Assembly (NCBI GenBank): GCA_050575255.1
Contig: JBNZDD010013717.1
Span: 3,864,120-3,928,119 of the forward strand
Direction: 5' to 3'
Source: Harriotta raleighana
Lineage: Eukaryota
DNA length: 64,000 bases
Positions 1-14,083 of this stretch are shown here, piece by piece. The notes beneath the pieces were generated by a model. That model was not told the origin of the DNA. It worked only from the letters and a program-made list of their open reading frames with translations, and did no database searches. The position numbers and the translations under genes are program-made. Every line of letters starts with the position of its first letter. Within the stretch, counting starts at the first letter, position 1.

Positions 1-360
1 TAAGAATCCTTATATTTGCAACCTCCTAACTCCCTAACAACCTGCCTGATCCTTCCGCTCAGCGGGCTCCTGCTTCACGTCTCCCACCACACCCATCCCA
101 TCATTGGCGGGTGTGCCTTCATTCTCTCTACACCTAACCCTCTGAAACTCTATCCTGCAATTCCTCTGCCTCACCCCCTCCCTTGCCTCCTTCAAGATCC
201 ATCCCAAGATCTTTCTCTTTGACTGCAGCCTTTGATCACACTCCATCCCACCTTCCCTGATCTCGACCCCCAGCTCAGGATGAAACACTGATTGTCCAGC
301 ACCTTGGAATGTTCTCCGTACATGAACGGTGCTCTACAAATATAATTTTGCTGTGGTTGT
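1..360 (+). mobile_element. L2 LINE 3' fragment
   Basis: Decayed IGGxAF...LWN-type C-terminus plus AAATATAATTTTG tail. Confidence 0.75.
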
Positions 361-459
361 AGTGCCTCTCATATTAGGCGGACATCTCAAAGTGCTACAC
401 AAGCTATACTTTAATTGTATTGGCTGCTTATTTATAACTGAATGCCAACACAGCAATAC

Positions 460-745
460 AAAACAGCAGTGTCCCACAAACAGGCATGAAGTGAATAACC
501 AATTATATTTTATTTTACTTGTGTGTTTATGCCCAGGAAATCAGGAGAAATGTCTGGTCTTTAGTGCCTACCTGAACAGACAAATGAGCCCTCAATTTAA
601 TGTTTCATCTGAAAGTTGGCAAGTTTGACAATGTATGGTTTTATATGTCACTGGATTGTCAGCTGAGGCAAACAGAGACTAAAGTCCTAACATGGGATGA
701 AAACCCAGAACTTCTGACACAGAGTCAAGAATGCTAACTCAGCCA
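460..745 (-). mobile_element. Older Deu-SINE (SacSINE1-like) remnant
   Basis: CAGCAGTGTCCCACAAACAG, CACCTGAACAG-like and TTTCATCTGAAAG motifs shared with 57718..58130. Confidence 0.5.
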
Positions 746-877
746 GACTGATATTACTAGAGAAAACTTCTGTTACTTTTTGTATTCAGTCAATAGTATT
801 TTTTCCAATACTGTTATCTTCTACATGGACAAAATAAAATTTGCTGTCAGAGTAGTTATCATCTCAAAAGGCAGTTA

Positions 878-1298
878 CAGTAAAACCTTGTTTATCCGTG
901 ACTCGATGAACCGTTTAACCGCCAGCTCAAAAAAAAATTGTCCCAAGTCGATGAATCAGAAGTTATCCGTCAAATAGTGATAACACTTTTAATGATTCGA
1001 CTGTCGCACGCGAGTTCTGGTGCAGGTTCTCGCAGCTGGCCGCTAGTCGGGTCTAAACTCGCTCCTGCTCCTTTTAAAAGTCGCTTTTTTTTTACCTCCG
1101 TCAGGTGAGGGCTGCCATTGTGAAGTTAAGTAGAAATAATAAAGTATTAATACAATGTTCCGTTATTATTTAGTCTATTATTAATATGGTATGGGTTAAA
1201 ATAATTTTTTATTTCAATTTAAAAAAACGTTCAACCGGAAAACCGTTTATCCTCCATTGGCCAGGTGACGTGGGTGCCGGATAAACAGGGTTTTACTG
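878..1298. mobile_element. Non-autonomous Tc1/mariner-superfamily (Tigger/pogo-like) MITE, copy A
   Basis: TA|CAGTAAAACCTTGTTTATCCG ... CGGATAAACAGGGTTTTACTG|TA terminal inverted repeats with TA duplication. Confidence 0.9.
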
Positions 1299-3084
1299 TA
1301 TTTTAAATTTTTTGTGAAATCAGAAACATACAATGGAATTAAAATGACTAGTATTACTGTACAGACATCGTCGTGTAGCATTATGTTTAATGTTAATATA
1401 GTTTTATTAAAATATGTCATAAGTTCCTTTGTCCAGTCTATTCTAGCCAATTTTTTTCACACTTTTTAAACAGTACTCAACTTTGAATGTTATCAGCATT
1501 TTACAGATTCATCAAAGCAAATTCTAAAAGCTTGAAAACCCTGACTTAACCAGCATAAAAACCATCACCTAACATTAAGCTTAGGAAAAGTCAGCCACTT
1601 CAGCGCATTTTTTTTTCCTTAAAAGTTTTCTTTTAACACCTTTGAAAATAACAGTTGGTACCTATTTAGCTTGGCTAAAACATCAACCCCCACATCTTGA
1701 CTTCATATCCAAGCACAGAGACAAGCATAGGTACTATTTTTAAAGGCAGTGCTTTAGGAGAAATTCCATCAGCAAACTCTCTGCCAAATTCAAAACAATA
1801 TATTTCCTTATATGTATTACGCAAGCTAGTAAACCTCTACCCCACAGTGCACCCAATCTTCAACCAATGTCACAAAATTGTAGTTGACGGTAGTCCAGCA
1901 ATCAAACAAGGCTGGAAGTCCAATGGCAGCCACAGACCGAACCATTGTAGTTGGGTGCATCATACCAGTAGCCAGTCAATAATTATTGACTCCTCAACCA
2001 AACCTAACAATGTTATAAATAGCATATTACAGCTCATAATTTTTACCTACTAGAATATTTTAAAAAGTTGACATGGAATTTTGTTTTGACATCTATCCAT
2101 TAAATTGATACCATGGTTTCATGTAAAGTATTTCATTTTAACTCACTCGGACAGAAGGTTATACTGCATTCAGCAGTCAATCAGGTACACTGAATTCAAA
2201 ATAAATGCGTGTTCAGTAACTGTTTAATAATAATCCTTTTATTTGATGTAGCGCCTTATTACGTCTTCCAGACGTCTCAATGCACTTCAAGGAATGTACT
2301 GTAAAGTAAATTGACTGTATATTTTGTGGGTGACATAGAATCACAGAATATACTATACTGGGGGCAGAGAAGTTGAAAGCCAGTCCATCGATGGTAGGGA
2401 GGGTCAGTAAGGAGACATGGAGCAGACCGGAGCTGCAGAGTTTTGGTTAATCTACAACATCTACCTGCACTCTTTTCTCATAAGAGATTTTGTTATTGGA
2501 TATTGCAGTGATAAGATGTTAACATCAATGGTGAGTTTTCAGTTTGTAGTTTTGCTTTCACTTCTAGGTTCTTGATGACCATTACTGGAACTCCATCTGT
2601 AGCAATAGAGTAGAAGCAAATTTGTCCCATTTCAGATTAGCCCTATCCAAGTACAGGACTCAACTAATTTCAAAAAGACATCCACTCCTATTCTATCTTT
2701 TATGAAGAAATTTCAAGGAACTCTTCTTTATGCATCAAAAACTGGTCATAACTTTGGAACAAATATAGCTAACTGTGAAATGTCTACCACAATCATACCA
2801 TCATCATAAGTAATTGTGTAGACAACAAACTGCTAGGCTTTTCTGCTAAGATTTTCGGCAATTTTTCAAAAAAAGGTCAGCAATTCATGCAACCAGTGTT
2901 ATGAGAAAGATTAACATTCAAACTTTTTCTTTCTTCTCTGCCCCACAATATGAAGCTAAGCCTTTGATGCTTATTTTCAACTCAAAATATTTTGCTGTGC
3001 TTTGAGTGGATGGGCACATATTCATTCTCTGTCTGCATCATAGTAAATACCAACATTAATCACATTCTGCCTCAACTATTCAAA

Positions 3085-3475
3085 TGCCCTCTTTGCTGCG
3101 CTCCCCAGCCATTATCCATAAAATCCAGCTACTCCAAAACTCTGCTGCCCGCATATTCTCCCGTGCTAAACTCCGTACCTCCATCGCACCATCTCTAGCC
3201 AACCTCTACTGGCTCTTTATCACGAAAAGGATCGATTTCCATATTTTCACATGCTCAAATCCCGACCTGCTTACTTCCCAACCCACTACCCACTGCCTCT
3301 GCTCAACTGACTCCGACCTACTGCTTGTACCCTGGGCTCTCCATTTTCACCATTGATGGTCACGCCTTCAGCTACTACACCCAACTCTGGGCCACTCTTC
3401 CCCTAACCCTCCGCCTTGCCATTTCTTTCTCATCTTTAGGTCGAGCCTGAAGTCTGTCCTCTTCGACCATGCTAA
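3085..3475 (+). mobile_element. L2 LINE 3' fragment
   Basis: KIQLLQNSAARIF...LYWL...RIDF, typical of the L2 ORF2 C-terminus. Confidence 0.8.
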
Positions 3476-3489
3476 TGGGGGAGCACATG

Positions 3490-4020
3490 GTGGGTTGCTT
3501 TCGGGAAATGATAAGAGAGTGAAGAGAGAGACATGAGGTTGAAAGGGTGGAGGGAGGGATGCTGGAGGCGGAAGTGGGGAGGGGATGACAAAGGGCAGAG
3601 TCAACAGCGCAAGTCTCATCAATTCTGTACCAAGGAAGTCCATCATCTCCTCGTATTTGGAGTTGGAGGAGAGAATGGGTGATCATGGGAAGATAGGTGA
3701 AGGAGCCAGTTTGTGGAGAGGAGCCTGGGGCTGTGATTGGCTGTCAGGATGATCCTAGAGTTGAAAGACAATTTGGCCGAGGCGAGACTGGATAATTCAA
3801 GCCAAATGTGGCAATGACTGTTGAGTTAGATTTGAACCAGGTGAGTTCAGCAGCATACAGCTATAACTTGAAGGTACAGGGATGGGTGGTGTACCAGGTG
3901 GATCTGCGGGAACTGGAGGCAATGCTGGAGGTGATGGGGGCAAGTGTGTTGAGGATATCAGTGACAGAGTTGAGAAGGAGTTGTGACTGAGTAGGGGACC
4001 AAAGGGACAGGAATTCACTG
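3490..4020 (-). mobile_element. L2 LINE internal (post-endonuclease) fragment
   Basis: C-rich on the minus strand, ILNTLAP tether motif, similar to 56430-56750. Confidence 0.55.
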
Positions 4021-6185
4021 GCAAATTGAGAATTTATTTGAGTTAATCAATTCACTCCAATCAGCTCAATTGGATTTTTTTGTCCTCGAACAGTAGGAAT
4101 TCAACTGAACTAGAAATTGACATATGCTAACAATGTCAAAATGAGTACCATCATTGAGAATGCCAACCCCAACACTAATGGAGTTATTATCTGTGTAATG
4201 CAGAGACTGAAAAGCACTTAATTTAGAGTATTTTTGCAATGTCTGAGCATTTATATGCCATAAAATTGATTTATTTTGAGGGAGAAATATCATGTTGTGC
4301 ATTCTATACTGTGCAATAAATTTTCATTTTTGTATTATGTTAATTTCCAGCAGCTTGAGCCGTTGGCCACACCATACTCTGCATACAATGAAGTGCGCGT
4401 TAAAACCACACTTGTCCATTTAAGTACACTTGAATTCAGACACAAGCACACTCACCTTTTCACAGCTGTTCCTAGATGAATTTCCACTGACCTTTGGGGA
4501 CAGATTGCTGTATATGTTAACACTAATGCCCATGTCTTAAGATATACAAACCATAGCTAAAATAAATATTTTTTCCTGGTGCAGAATAACCAGACACTGC
4601 ATGTGAGAGCCAATCAATCTCTCCTGCCTCATTACTAGAGAGTCTAGCATGTGAGAAAATCATGGATAAGGTGGGTGAATATTTTGAACCATAATTATAA
4701 TCCTTGCATTTGATATAGCGCTTTTCACATTTTATCAACATTTCAAAGCTCCTCACAGAATACACTGTAAAGTGAATTGACTGTATATTTGTGGGCGAAA
4801 TGATTATTTCACATTTATCATAGAATAATACTGTGTGAGGTTAGAGATGCAACCGTAGAAGACTTTACCACACCCAAAGAGCAGCATGATAGCTGATATA
4901 ATATGAACTGTTTTTACATGTACTGTAATACTAGATTGTTTCAATGCACTATAATTTGTCATTTTTTTTAATTTGAGGTTGTGCTCTGCACATGCTACGG
5001 ATATCAGGTGCATTGCTCCTAGTAGTTCACTGTTCCTCAGGTAGTGTGACTTGCTGTGCTGAACAAAGAGTGCATGACCTGAGAATGTGATTGCATTCCT
5101 GAATAGCCCATCGCAATATAAAGCGAGTATTACCAGATCTGCTCGGTGTAGCACCAGATAGTGCACAATGTTTAGCTGGCCTTTACTATCCAAATCATCA
5201 GCTACCAGAATTTCAACCTCATAAACCAGATGGAAAAATTTTGGCAGAAAATTATTTTCACAAGAGCTTTGTTTGCATGTAGACTACCAAATGCAAGGAT
5301 TATTATTATTATTGAGGAATATACAACATTTTAGAGATTACCACTGTTGATAACAACAGAAACAACAACAAATTGTATTTATATAGCGATTTCAGTAAAT
5401 CTCTTTTGAAACAGAATTCTCAATACGCCAAAAAAGGAATTTAAATGGATAATCCTGGAAGCCTAAAGGAAGCTGGCCTTTTATCAGTCATTTTATGCTC
5501 ATTTCAAATCAATCACGTGGCAGATGCTGCCATTAAAATGGATATTTGCCTTATTTTGAGCAAATATGGCAACAATAATGAAAATTAATTTGTTTTTTGT
5601 TCCCCAGAAGATTACACAGGAAGAGTAACAGATGGTTCAAGTGTATAAAATATGCACACCTTTACAGAATTCAGTGTTATTGCATGGGGACAGAAACTTC
5701 TCTTCCAGGAACTGGGTTGAGACTGCCCAAACTCATTTTCTCATGTTCCTTTACAGTTGGCAGAGGCTTTCATCCTATCTGTCACAGCTGCATTGAAACC
5801 CAGTTCCCTCCAGTGAAAGGACAATATTCTAACCACCAGACCGGAGAATTGAATTTTTAATTAGTATTTGGAAAGGTGGGCCTTCTGTGTATTTGAAGAC
5901 AGTCTGTGATGTGCAGTTATCTAATTTCCCCTTCTCTTCTCATCGTCCCTGCCATCTGTTTAACCTGCCCAAGATCCTACCAAGGGATCAATCACTCTCC
6001 ATCCATGTGATCTCACATGTGATAGCTGCGTAATTTGCAAGTATAGCCTGGTATATATGGAGCTGAATTTGTGTCTACATGGTCAGGTATGAATGTTTAA
6101 TAACGCATTTACTTTTACATTTCAGCATAGTTTAAAGTTGGGCAAGAATGCCAAGAGAAGGGCTTCAGCAGGAGTTTACATGCAG

Positions 6186-6250
6186 AGTGGAGTGTGTGTG
6201 TGCAAGTGGTGTGTGAATGCATGAGTATGTGTGAGTGGTGTGAGTTTGGG
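6186..6250. repeat. Degenerate (TG)n microsatellite
   Basis: AGTGTGTGTGTGCAAGTGGTGTGTGAATGCATGAGTATGTGTGAGTGGTGTGAG. Confidence 0.7.
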
Positions 6251-6461
6251 CATGTAATTAAGGTACATTTTCCTCTCTGGTACAGAGAATGTTGATTTCC
6301 CGTCTCTTCTGAATTACACTCAATGCGTGTGAATTTATGGTGTTTACATTTAGAAATTCCTCGAGTCTGGAGTGTGCATCATGCGGGCAGACTGGCAATG
6401 CTTCCCCTCACCCACACACGTCGCCAAAGTCCATGAGGCCAGTCACATGGTACCACTTTAT

Positions 6462-6740
6462 AGAGTTCTGTAGTTCAGTGGTTAGAGCATTCGCCTTACA
6501 AGCTAGAAACCTGGGTTCAATTCTAAGCAGGGTGAAACCTCGGGCAAGTTTCCTTACTCAACACGCCTGATAACAATCCCTCAAAAAAACGGATAACTTC
6601 AGTAAATGTTTGTGGGACACTGCTGTGCGCAATTGGCTGTCACAGTCAATTCACTTTACAGTATATTCTTTGAAGCGCTTTGAGACATCCAGAAGACATG
6701 AAAAGCGCGATATCAAGTGTAAGGATTACTATTATTATTA
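6462..6740 (+). mobile_element. tRNA-headed Deu-type SINE
   Basis: A box TAGTTCAGTGG, B box GGTTCAATTC, GGGACACTGCTGTGCGCAATTGGCTG core, L2-like tail ending in (TTA)n. Confidence 0.85.
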
Positions 6741-6754
6741 TTTGATCTATTTGT

Positions 6755-7200
6755 GACAAGTTTATACTGATGGCCCCTAGTTTTGGTCTCCCCCACAAGT
6801 GGAAACATCTTCCCTGTGTCCACCCTATCAAAACCTTCCATAATTTTAAAGACCTCTATCAGGTCACCCCTTACCTTCCTCTTTTCAAAAGAAGAGTCCA
6901 AGCTTGTTCAGTTTTTCCTGATAGGTATCATGGGATCATCCTTATGAATCTCCTTTGCACCTTCTGCAGTGCCTTTGTATCCTTTCTATAATATGGGGAC
7001 CAGAACCGCACACAGTATTCTAAGTGTGGTCTAACCAAGGGTCTATATATTTACCATAACTTCCCTGCTTTTCATTTTTATCCCTTCAGAAATGAAGACC
7101 AACACCTGATTTGCCTTGTTATGACCTTATCAACCAGTGTTGCTACTTTTCTTGAATTGTGTATGTGTACTCCTGGATCCCTGTGCTCCTCTACTCTATT
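6755..7200 (-). mobile_element. CR1 LINE fragment
   Basis: RGDLIEVFKIMEGFDRVD...TRGHQYKL and YCVRFWSP motifs of the CR1 ORF2 C-terminus. Confidence 0.85.
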
Positions 7201-7321
7201 TAGGTTTTTATTTTCCAGGATGTACTGTATATGACTTCCTTAAAAATGAAGCAATACACCTTAATTGGAGGAGGTGGATATAAGAAGGAAAATATAATGG
7301 AAAAAGATAATAGCAACTCAC

Positions 7322-7405
7322 CTTTATATGTTGTTTGAGGGAAGAAGCACACGGAGGTATTAGTAGCGAGATGAGTAATAACCTTTTCCAATAATTCTGC
7401 AAGAA
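7322..7405 (-). CDS. TBC1D32: TBC1D32 exon: (I)LAELLEKVITHLATNTSVCFFPQTTYK
   Basis: 84 nt, ttttag| ... AAG|gtgag, phase 1-1. I could not find the next exon in 1..7321. Confidence 0.9.
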
Positions 7406-8469
7406 CTAAAAATGAAAAGATATTAAAGTAAAAAAGTATTAACAGAGATCTCCCAAATAACATAAAAATTATTGTTCATGAATAAAATATCCACTCTAAT
7501 GCATAGGTAATACTTGACATTTTGTTGGTTCTGTTATAAAAAACAGTTAATTAATAGATTCAACCTCTTTGTTTTAAATCTGTTGGTTCTCATGAATTTC
7601 GATGAATAGCAGCAATACTGTAATAGCTTTAAAGCAAAATAATGGCAGCCACTTACCAAGTGTAGAATTAAAGCAATCTCATCATTAGCAACATTTTGCC
7701 CTACAATTATGAAGAATATTTGATAATCTATTGATTGTCCATTATTCCTAATTCTTTGAATGTGGTTCACCCCCACATACAAAACAATCTAAACAGGGAA
7801 ATTCCCTAATTAGATGCAAATCTCACTATAAATCAGGACTAGGTGAATGTGAGGATCAGTTTCTCAATTCCACACTCCACACTTCAATGAAGTCAGCTGC
7901 AGGTGAATCAGTGTTCAAAACAAAGAATCAGAAATTAAAGTAGTGAAGCCAGAGACTCCAGATTAGACTAACCGAGGGAAAAGGCAAGAAAGCTTTCTGT
8001 ATGTGGCTGATAAATTACAAACAAATAATATCATACCAATCTACAATCCAAGGGAAATTATGTCAATGTGTCTCTCTGGGAGTTAGACATTTGTTTGGAT
8101 GGGAATTAAGGCAGTCAGCTGCACGCACGCTCCATGAAAAGCACCATTGAGGATTGGTTAAAATGGACTATCACAAGTCCCAAGCATCGTGTGATAATGA
8201 GGCCTCACAGAATATCAGTTAACTATCTCCTTCACATTTCATCTTCATGCACTATTTATACTGCACAGACAACTCTATCACTCATGTACTCCAAACTATC
8301 AAGGCTGGTTTGAAGTACATGAATGCATTTGTCGTTGTCACATTAAATCAACAGTTTGAGACAGTAACACATAATGAAAGTTGTGTATTATTCCAAGTCT
8401 TTTCTGAAATAATCCACATATTGCAGAAATGGATGGTGACTAATTTGAATCTTTGGTTAGCTATGGATA

Positions 8470-8762
8470 GATTGAGGTTGGTGAGTTGGTGGATGATGGA
8501 GGACAGGCGGTGGAGGAGAATGGCGTGGTCGACTGTGTCGAACGCAGCGGACAGGTCCAGGAGGATAAGGAGGCAGAGGGAGCCCCGGTCGCAGATAGAG
8601 AGGACATCATTTGTGACTTTCACAAGCGAAGTCTCTGTACTGTGGGCAGGGCGGAAACTGGACTGGAGGGGTTCAAAACGGGAGTGGAAGGAGAGGTGGG
8701 TAAGGAGTTGGTTGCAACAACGTGTTCGAGTGCTTTGGCAAGGAAGGGCAGGTTTGAAAATA
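8470..8762 (-). mobile_element. L2 RT internal fragment
   Basis: [15 protein letters not shown] ... VTND ... [20 protein letters not shown]. Confidence 0.9.
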
Positions 8763-9764
8763 AGGCGCTATGCGTAAAGAAAATTACAAATGTAATATGT
8801 TAGTAAAATCAATGATAAGGATTTATTATACTAGATGTATCCTTTTCATTGGATACTTCATATATAAGGAGACATTACAAGTGAATTATAAAACTTGGGA
8901 TAATAGTTCCCATTCATATTAAATGCCTTCATATTTACTTTGGAGAGGGCAAAAAATAACAAGGAAACCACAAAGATCGCAATCCATATCTGCATATATG
9001 TCACATGCTTGTGAATTAATTCTAAGAGGCTGGGTTCATGTCCCTTAAAGGTAGTCACACCAACCAGTGGGATCTCACGTCAATAATTAAAGGTAGTTCA
9101 GGCAGGAGTAGTTATGATGTGCTGAATACATTGGTTTCCTGAGACTACCTGAGTCTGCTACAGTGTGATTGATCTCCATTCTCCTGGCACAATGGAGTAT
9201 GCATTACATTGTTTAACCCCTGTGGCCACACGAGGGGCATTGCAGCTGGTACCAACAAACTCACTTCTGCTGTCAGAGCAAGGTGTAGCATAGGACTTAA
9301 TGTCTGCAATTTATGATATTAGATTATTCGTGATGCATCATCATGACATGATTTGGTTGGAAGCAACCTATGGATGTATCTATTTCAAATATTTTTTAGA
9401 AGAAAATGAGGAACTCGAAATTCCCAGAGTACTTGGAACCTACTGAACCATTGCTATCAGAGGATTGCGAGGGAGTTTGCATAAGCTTTTCACTTAAAAA
9501 TGAGTTCATGTGGGGAATCATGTCAGAGTGAAAGGCAATGAGAAAGATTTTAACTTGTCAAGCAGAACATGTTCAGTCAACTGATAAGATCAAGAAATAC
9601 ATTGTAACCACAAAACAGTATGTATATTTGGCATTTTCTGCAAAGGAAATGGATTTCATTTTCTTTCAAAATTTGTTTGCTTCACATATATTTGGAGAAT
9701 CTCTCCTCAAAGGGTTTCTAATGTTGGCTATCGTACCTTGTGGAGTATGTGACTTGACTATGGA

Positions 9765-10338
9765 AACTCCCTCCTCGGCGGCCTTCCCGGGTCTTCTTCT
9801 CACAAGCTGCAGATCATCCCATGCTGCAGCTCGTGTCCTCTACCGCACTAAGATCTGCGACCACTTCACTCCCACCCTCACCCAGCTCCATTGGCTCCCC
9901 ATATCCCATTGGATTGAATTCAAGATCCTCATTCTCACTTTCAAGGCCATTAATGGTCTTGCTCCCTCCTATCTCTCCGATCTGCTGACTCCCTACAAAC
10001 CAGCCTGTCCCCTTCGTTCAGCGGGCTCCGTGTTGCTCCATGTCTCCCGCCCGACCCACACTACTATCGGTGGCCGGGCTTTCAGCCTCTCCACCTCCGC
10101 ACTCTGGAACCCCATCCCATAATCCCTTCGCCTCACTTCCACCCTTGCCTCCTTCAAAGCTGATCTCAAGACCCTCCTTTTCGATCCTGCCTTCTGCCAC
10201 CCTCCCACCTCTTTCCATCGCCTGCCTCCCACCCTGCCCCTCCCCATGTCCGGGTCCCGACCCATGACTGTTCAGTGGCTTGGGACTTCCTCCCAAAATG
10301 AAAGACACTCTAAATGTAATTTTGTTGTTGTTATTGTT
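9765..10338 (+). mobile_element. L2 LINE 3' fragment
   Basis: AARVL...HFTPTLTQLHWLP...IEFKILILTFKA...IGGRAFS...LWN, tail ending in (GTT)n. Confidence 0.9.
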
Positions 10339-11640
10339 GGGTGGAGTTGGTTATTTTTCTCGTGATGCCTGGGAGATGAGATCTTACCCCCTATGCAAGC
10401 TTTTTTCTCTTTTGCTATGTGTATGCTATGAAGAATAAAACCCCTTTTTCTGGTGTGACAGCAGTTTAAGAGTGAAAGCTTGATTTATATTTTTTACTCT
10501 AAATTGCTTCAAATTAGTCAACCCACCCCACCCCCAAAAAAAATTAAATTGCATAAGTCTAAACATGCACAGAATTATATTTGCCTTTTAATAAAATTAG
10601 AGAATATTTTCTTAAATCCCCAACCCAACTGCTCCCATTGCTCAAGGGGCACCAGCCTGCTTCAAGTCTCTCCTCCCAATATTAGATCACAGATTCATTT
10701 CCATAAAAGTTGTTGAATGAGAAATAATTTAAATCTTATTGTAACACTATTGGAATTTTGTTGAAACACAAAGTTAGCACTGGTTATTGCTGTACTATGC
10801 TGCCTATTTCATTGAGGATTAATTTGAATATAATATAATTATATTCACAGCAAATGTTATTAATACGCTCAAAAACGACAGTTCACCAACTGAGAAATAC
10901 ATGTGAAGTAATCAACATTTTGCATCATTTAACAGTGCTATAGCAGCAAAGTTTCTAAATTTATTCTTTTACTTTTGCTTGGAAGTAAAAACTGAATTCC
11001 ACATTAAAAAGGCTAACAAGGCATTTTAAAAAAACTCGGGAAGTTCAACATATATTCAAAATCTTCAAATATTTTAAGAATAATACACTGGCTAGCCAGG
11101 ATTAATAAAATGATTATGGTTAATTTCAGGTAGGTGAAATAATTAAAGACGATATTCCTTGTGCTTTTTGTTCCAAGAAATAATTAACTTATATCTACAA
11201 AAAAGATCAGATGGTCAGTTCATTGTTTCAGCTAATAGTCACCACCAATAAAAACAAATCGGTGAAAATAATGCTGTTAAATTATTTGTTGAAACAACAA
11301 TTGACAATAATGTGCCACATGATTGATGGAATCATGTATATGTTGGATTACAACTGGCTACGATTTTCAGTTTTCTAATATATATTTTTAACTTCTACAG
11401 CATTTGTTTTTTAAAATTGTTCATTCTAAAATCTTTTGACTTTAAATGTTGATTTTTTAAAAATAAGATTGCGTAATTTTGACTTTAATAACAGGTAAAA
11501 CCTGCCAGGACTAGCAAGAGTTTACATTATGCACAAGCATTTCATGAAAATACTGATGGTTGCGTTTGTGCATTTGTGCCCCAGTGGTGAGGATTTTATT
11601 TCTGCGATACATTTATACCTGTCCACAACTGGATACTTAC

Positions 11641-11757
11641 TGATTCCCTTGATGGTATCAGGTTTGGTTGTCATGGTTTTACGAAACTGCTTTCTACAGT
11701 TCTCCAGCCAGCTTGCCTGCTTCTCTGAATTTTTCAGTAACTTGCTAAATTCATTAT
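11641..11757 (-). CDS. TBC1D32: TBC1D32 exon: (D)NEFSKLLKNSEKQASWLENCRKQFRKTMTTKPDTIKGI
   Basis: 117 nt within ORF 11522..11845, gtttag| ... |gtaagt, phase 1-1. Confidence 0.93.
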
Positions 11758-12423
11758 CTAAACAATAAGAACAGCCATTATTTATATAGCATCCCAGGAT
11801 ATACAGTATATAGATATATTTATTTTTACAAAGAATACAGAACAATATATTCAGTTGAATGCAAGTCCTACCTGCAATCGGTGGCTTTAAGTATTCAGTG
11901 CATAATGTCTATTTATGTTAAGTTGGCATCATTGAATATTCTGTAGACTTGTGTGCTTTTGATTTAGGTACAGAATTCATTTCTGAATAATTTAATAAAT
12001 ATTTTTACAGTATATCTGTACAAGGTATTTATTTGCATCTCAGTATCTTTATTTGCATTATTTCATGGTGCTCTCATAGTCGGTTTGAGATCAAATTCTT
12101 CCAGTTTAATAAATCCAATTATTTTACACTTGCTTGATAAATCAAACAAAATCAACTTAGAAACTTATTTCCATCCAATATTCATGTGGTGGACACAAAA
12201 CTACACATTGCAGAAGAATACTGTAATGCATTAAATAGCAATCATTGCTATTGATGATTTTTGAGAGTTTACTATACAATCTTACGTTTGCCAATGAAAA
12301 TTATAAATATTGAACACCCTCCTTTCCCACGGCTTACATATATATACTTTCCTAGTATGGCGCTCTTGAAAGCAACGATAGCAAAGTAATGGAAGCAGAT
12401 TATTTCTCTATGACTCTTAATTA

Positions 12424-12845
12424 GAACAACAACTTGCATTTATATAGCGCCCTCCACTCCCGGTAGTGTCTCAATGCCCTTCTCAATGGTAAAGCTCGAG
12501 ACCGAACCAGGGATGGGGGAAGGTGACCATAAGCGAGGTGAGGAGAAAGGTTTTCAGGTGCGACCTGAAGTTTGGAAACAAGGGGTTGAGGCAAAGGGGT
12601 TGAGGGAGAGTTCCAAAGTTTCCGGGTATAGTGGCTGAAAGCACAGCCACTGATGGTGGAGCGGAGGATTCGGGAGACAAGAAGGAGGTTGGACCCTGTA
12701 GAGCGGAGACAGCGGACACTGCTGTGAGCAGCAAGGAGGATAGAGAGATAGGCGGATGCCGAGGAGTGGAGGGCTTTAAACACAAGATTGAGGATCTTGA
12801 AGTCGATCTGCTCTGTGACAGGGAGCTAGTGCAGTTTGGCAAGGA
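12424..12845 (-). mobile_element. L2 LINE 3' fragment
   Basis: FKALHS...LRSTG...AFSH...KLWNS, tail GGGCGCTATATAAATGCAAGTTGTTG. Confidence 0.9.
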
Positions 12846-13989
12846 TAAAATAATGTATAAAGCAGAGAGAAGTTATGGATGAAGGCTTCTTTTCATTGCA
12901 GAAACAGAAATTGACTTTATAAACAAATTAGCATGTTAACAGAATTGTGAAGCTGAACTGTAGATAATTCAACAGCATGATATAGGGACATCATAAAAAT
13001 CGGTAATTAGCAGCTAGCAATACGCTTCCGTCTTTAACTCTCTAGATTTTGATAAATATCCTACTTCCACCATCCTCCCAGTAATAATCCCTGCATTTGA
13101 TGTAGCGCTTTGTCTCGCCTTTGAGAAGTCTAATAATGCTTCACATAATCTTCTATACTAATAAAGACAAAATGCTTGCTGATGTGGCTATCTGCCAATA
13201 ACATAATAACCAATTGACATAGAGACTTGTGTTATATTTCATCAAAAACGTCTTGCATGGGGAAGTGTCATGGACATATTTGTGGGGCATATCTCTGATC
13301 ATTGACCTAAATAAGATCGTCACACATGTATAACATTTTTGCTTAAGGTGTGAACACAATGTTTATGGCTTGTTAAATGATATTCGAATGGGGTCATTGA
13401 AATCTACATTCCACATTGGATGCTTTGGTTGCAAGTGTAGCTGTAATGGGTACAGCTAGTATACTATAAAATGAATTGACTGTATATTTTGTGGGAAAAA
13501 CGCAGCAGCCAGTTGCAAACAGGAGGATTACGGATTTATTTTTTCAGGTTTACTCTGAACTAAATTCTCAACAAATGAAAATGTAGGGTGCACAGATCTC
13601 CTTAGTCTCGAGCTACTAGCTTTAAAGATTAAGATGTTTTATGGTCATAAAATATGGAAAATATGCAAAGTACCTCTGGTGTCTCACCTACAAAATATCC
13701 AGTCAATTTACTTGCAGTATATTCTGTGAAGCGCTTTGAGATGTTTCAAGAATATGATAATATCACATGATAATGCTGTATCATTTGCAAGGATTTGGAA
13801 TGCTCTACCTACAGTGCAGCACATTAATAGATCCTCATTCTCTCAATCATAGGAGAAAATCAGTTTGCTTATGAGAAATCTAAACAATCTCCTGTACAAT
13901 ATGTGCTTTGAATTCTATGTCAGGTTGCTTTCATTATTTAAAAGAAAGTGAAGTGTAAACTAATAATACAACATCTACTGATGCATTAC

Positions 13990-14083
13990 CTTGTTTCAGA
14001 GGAAATTGTTTTGGCACTTCTTGAAGGTAACACTTTGGCAAAGGGTACGAAGAAAACAGTGGCCAAGGATAAGGGTCATTTGC
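13990..14083 (-). CDS. TBC1D32: TBC1D32 exon: ANDPYPWPLFSSYPLPKCYLQEVPKQFPLKQ
   Basis: 94 nt, ttgcag| ... AAG|gtaat, phase 0-1. Confidence 0.95.
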
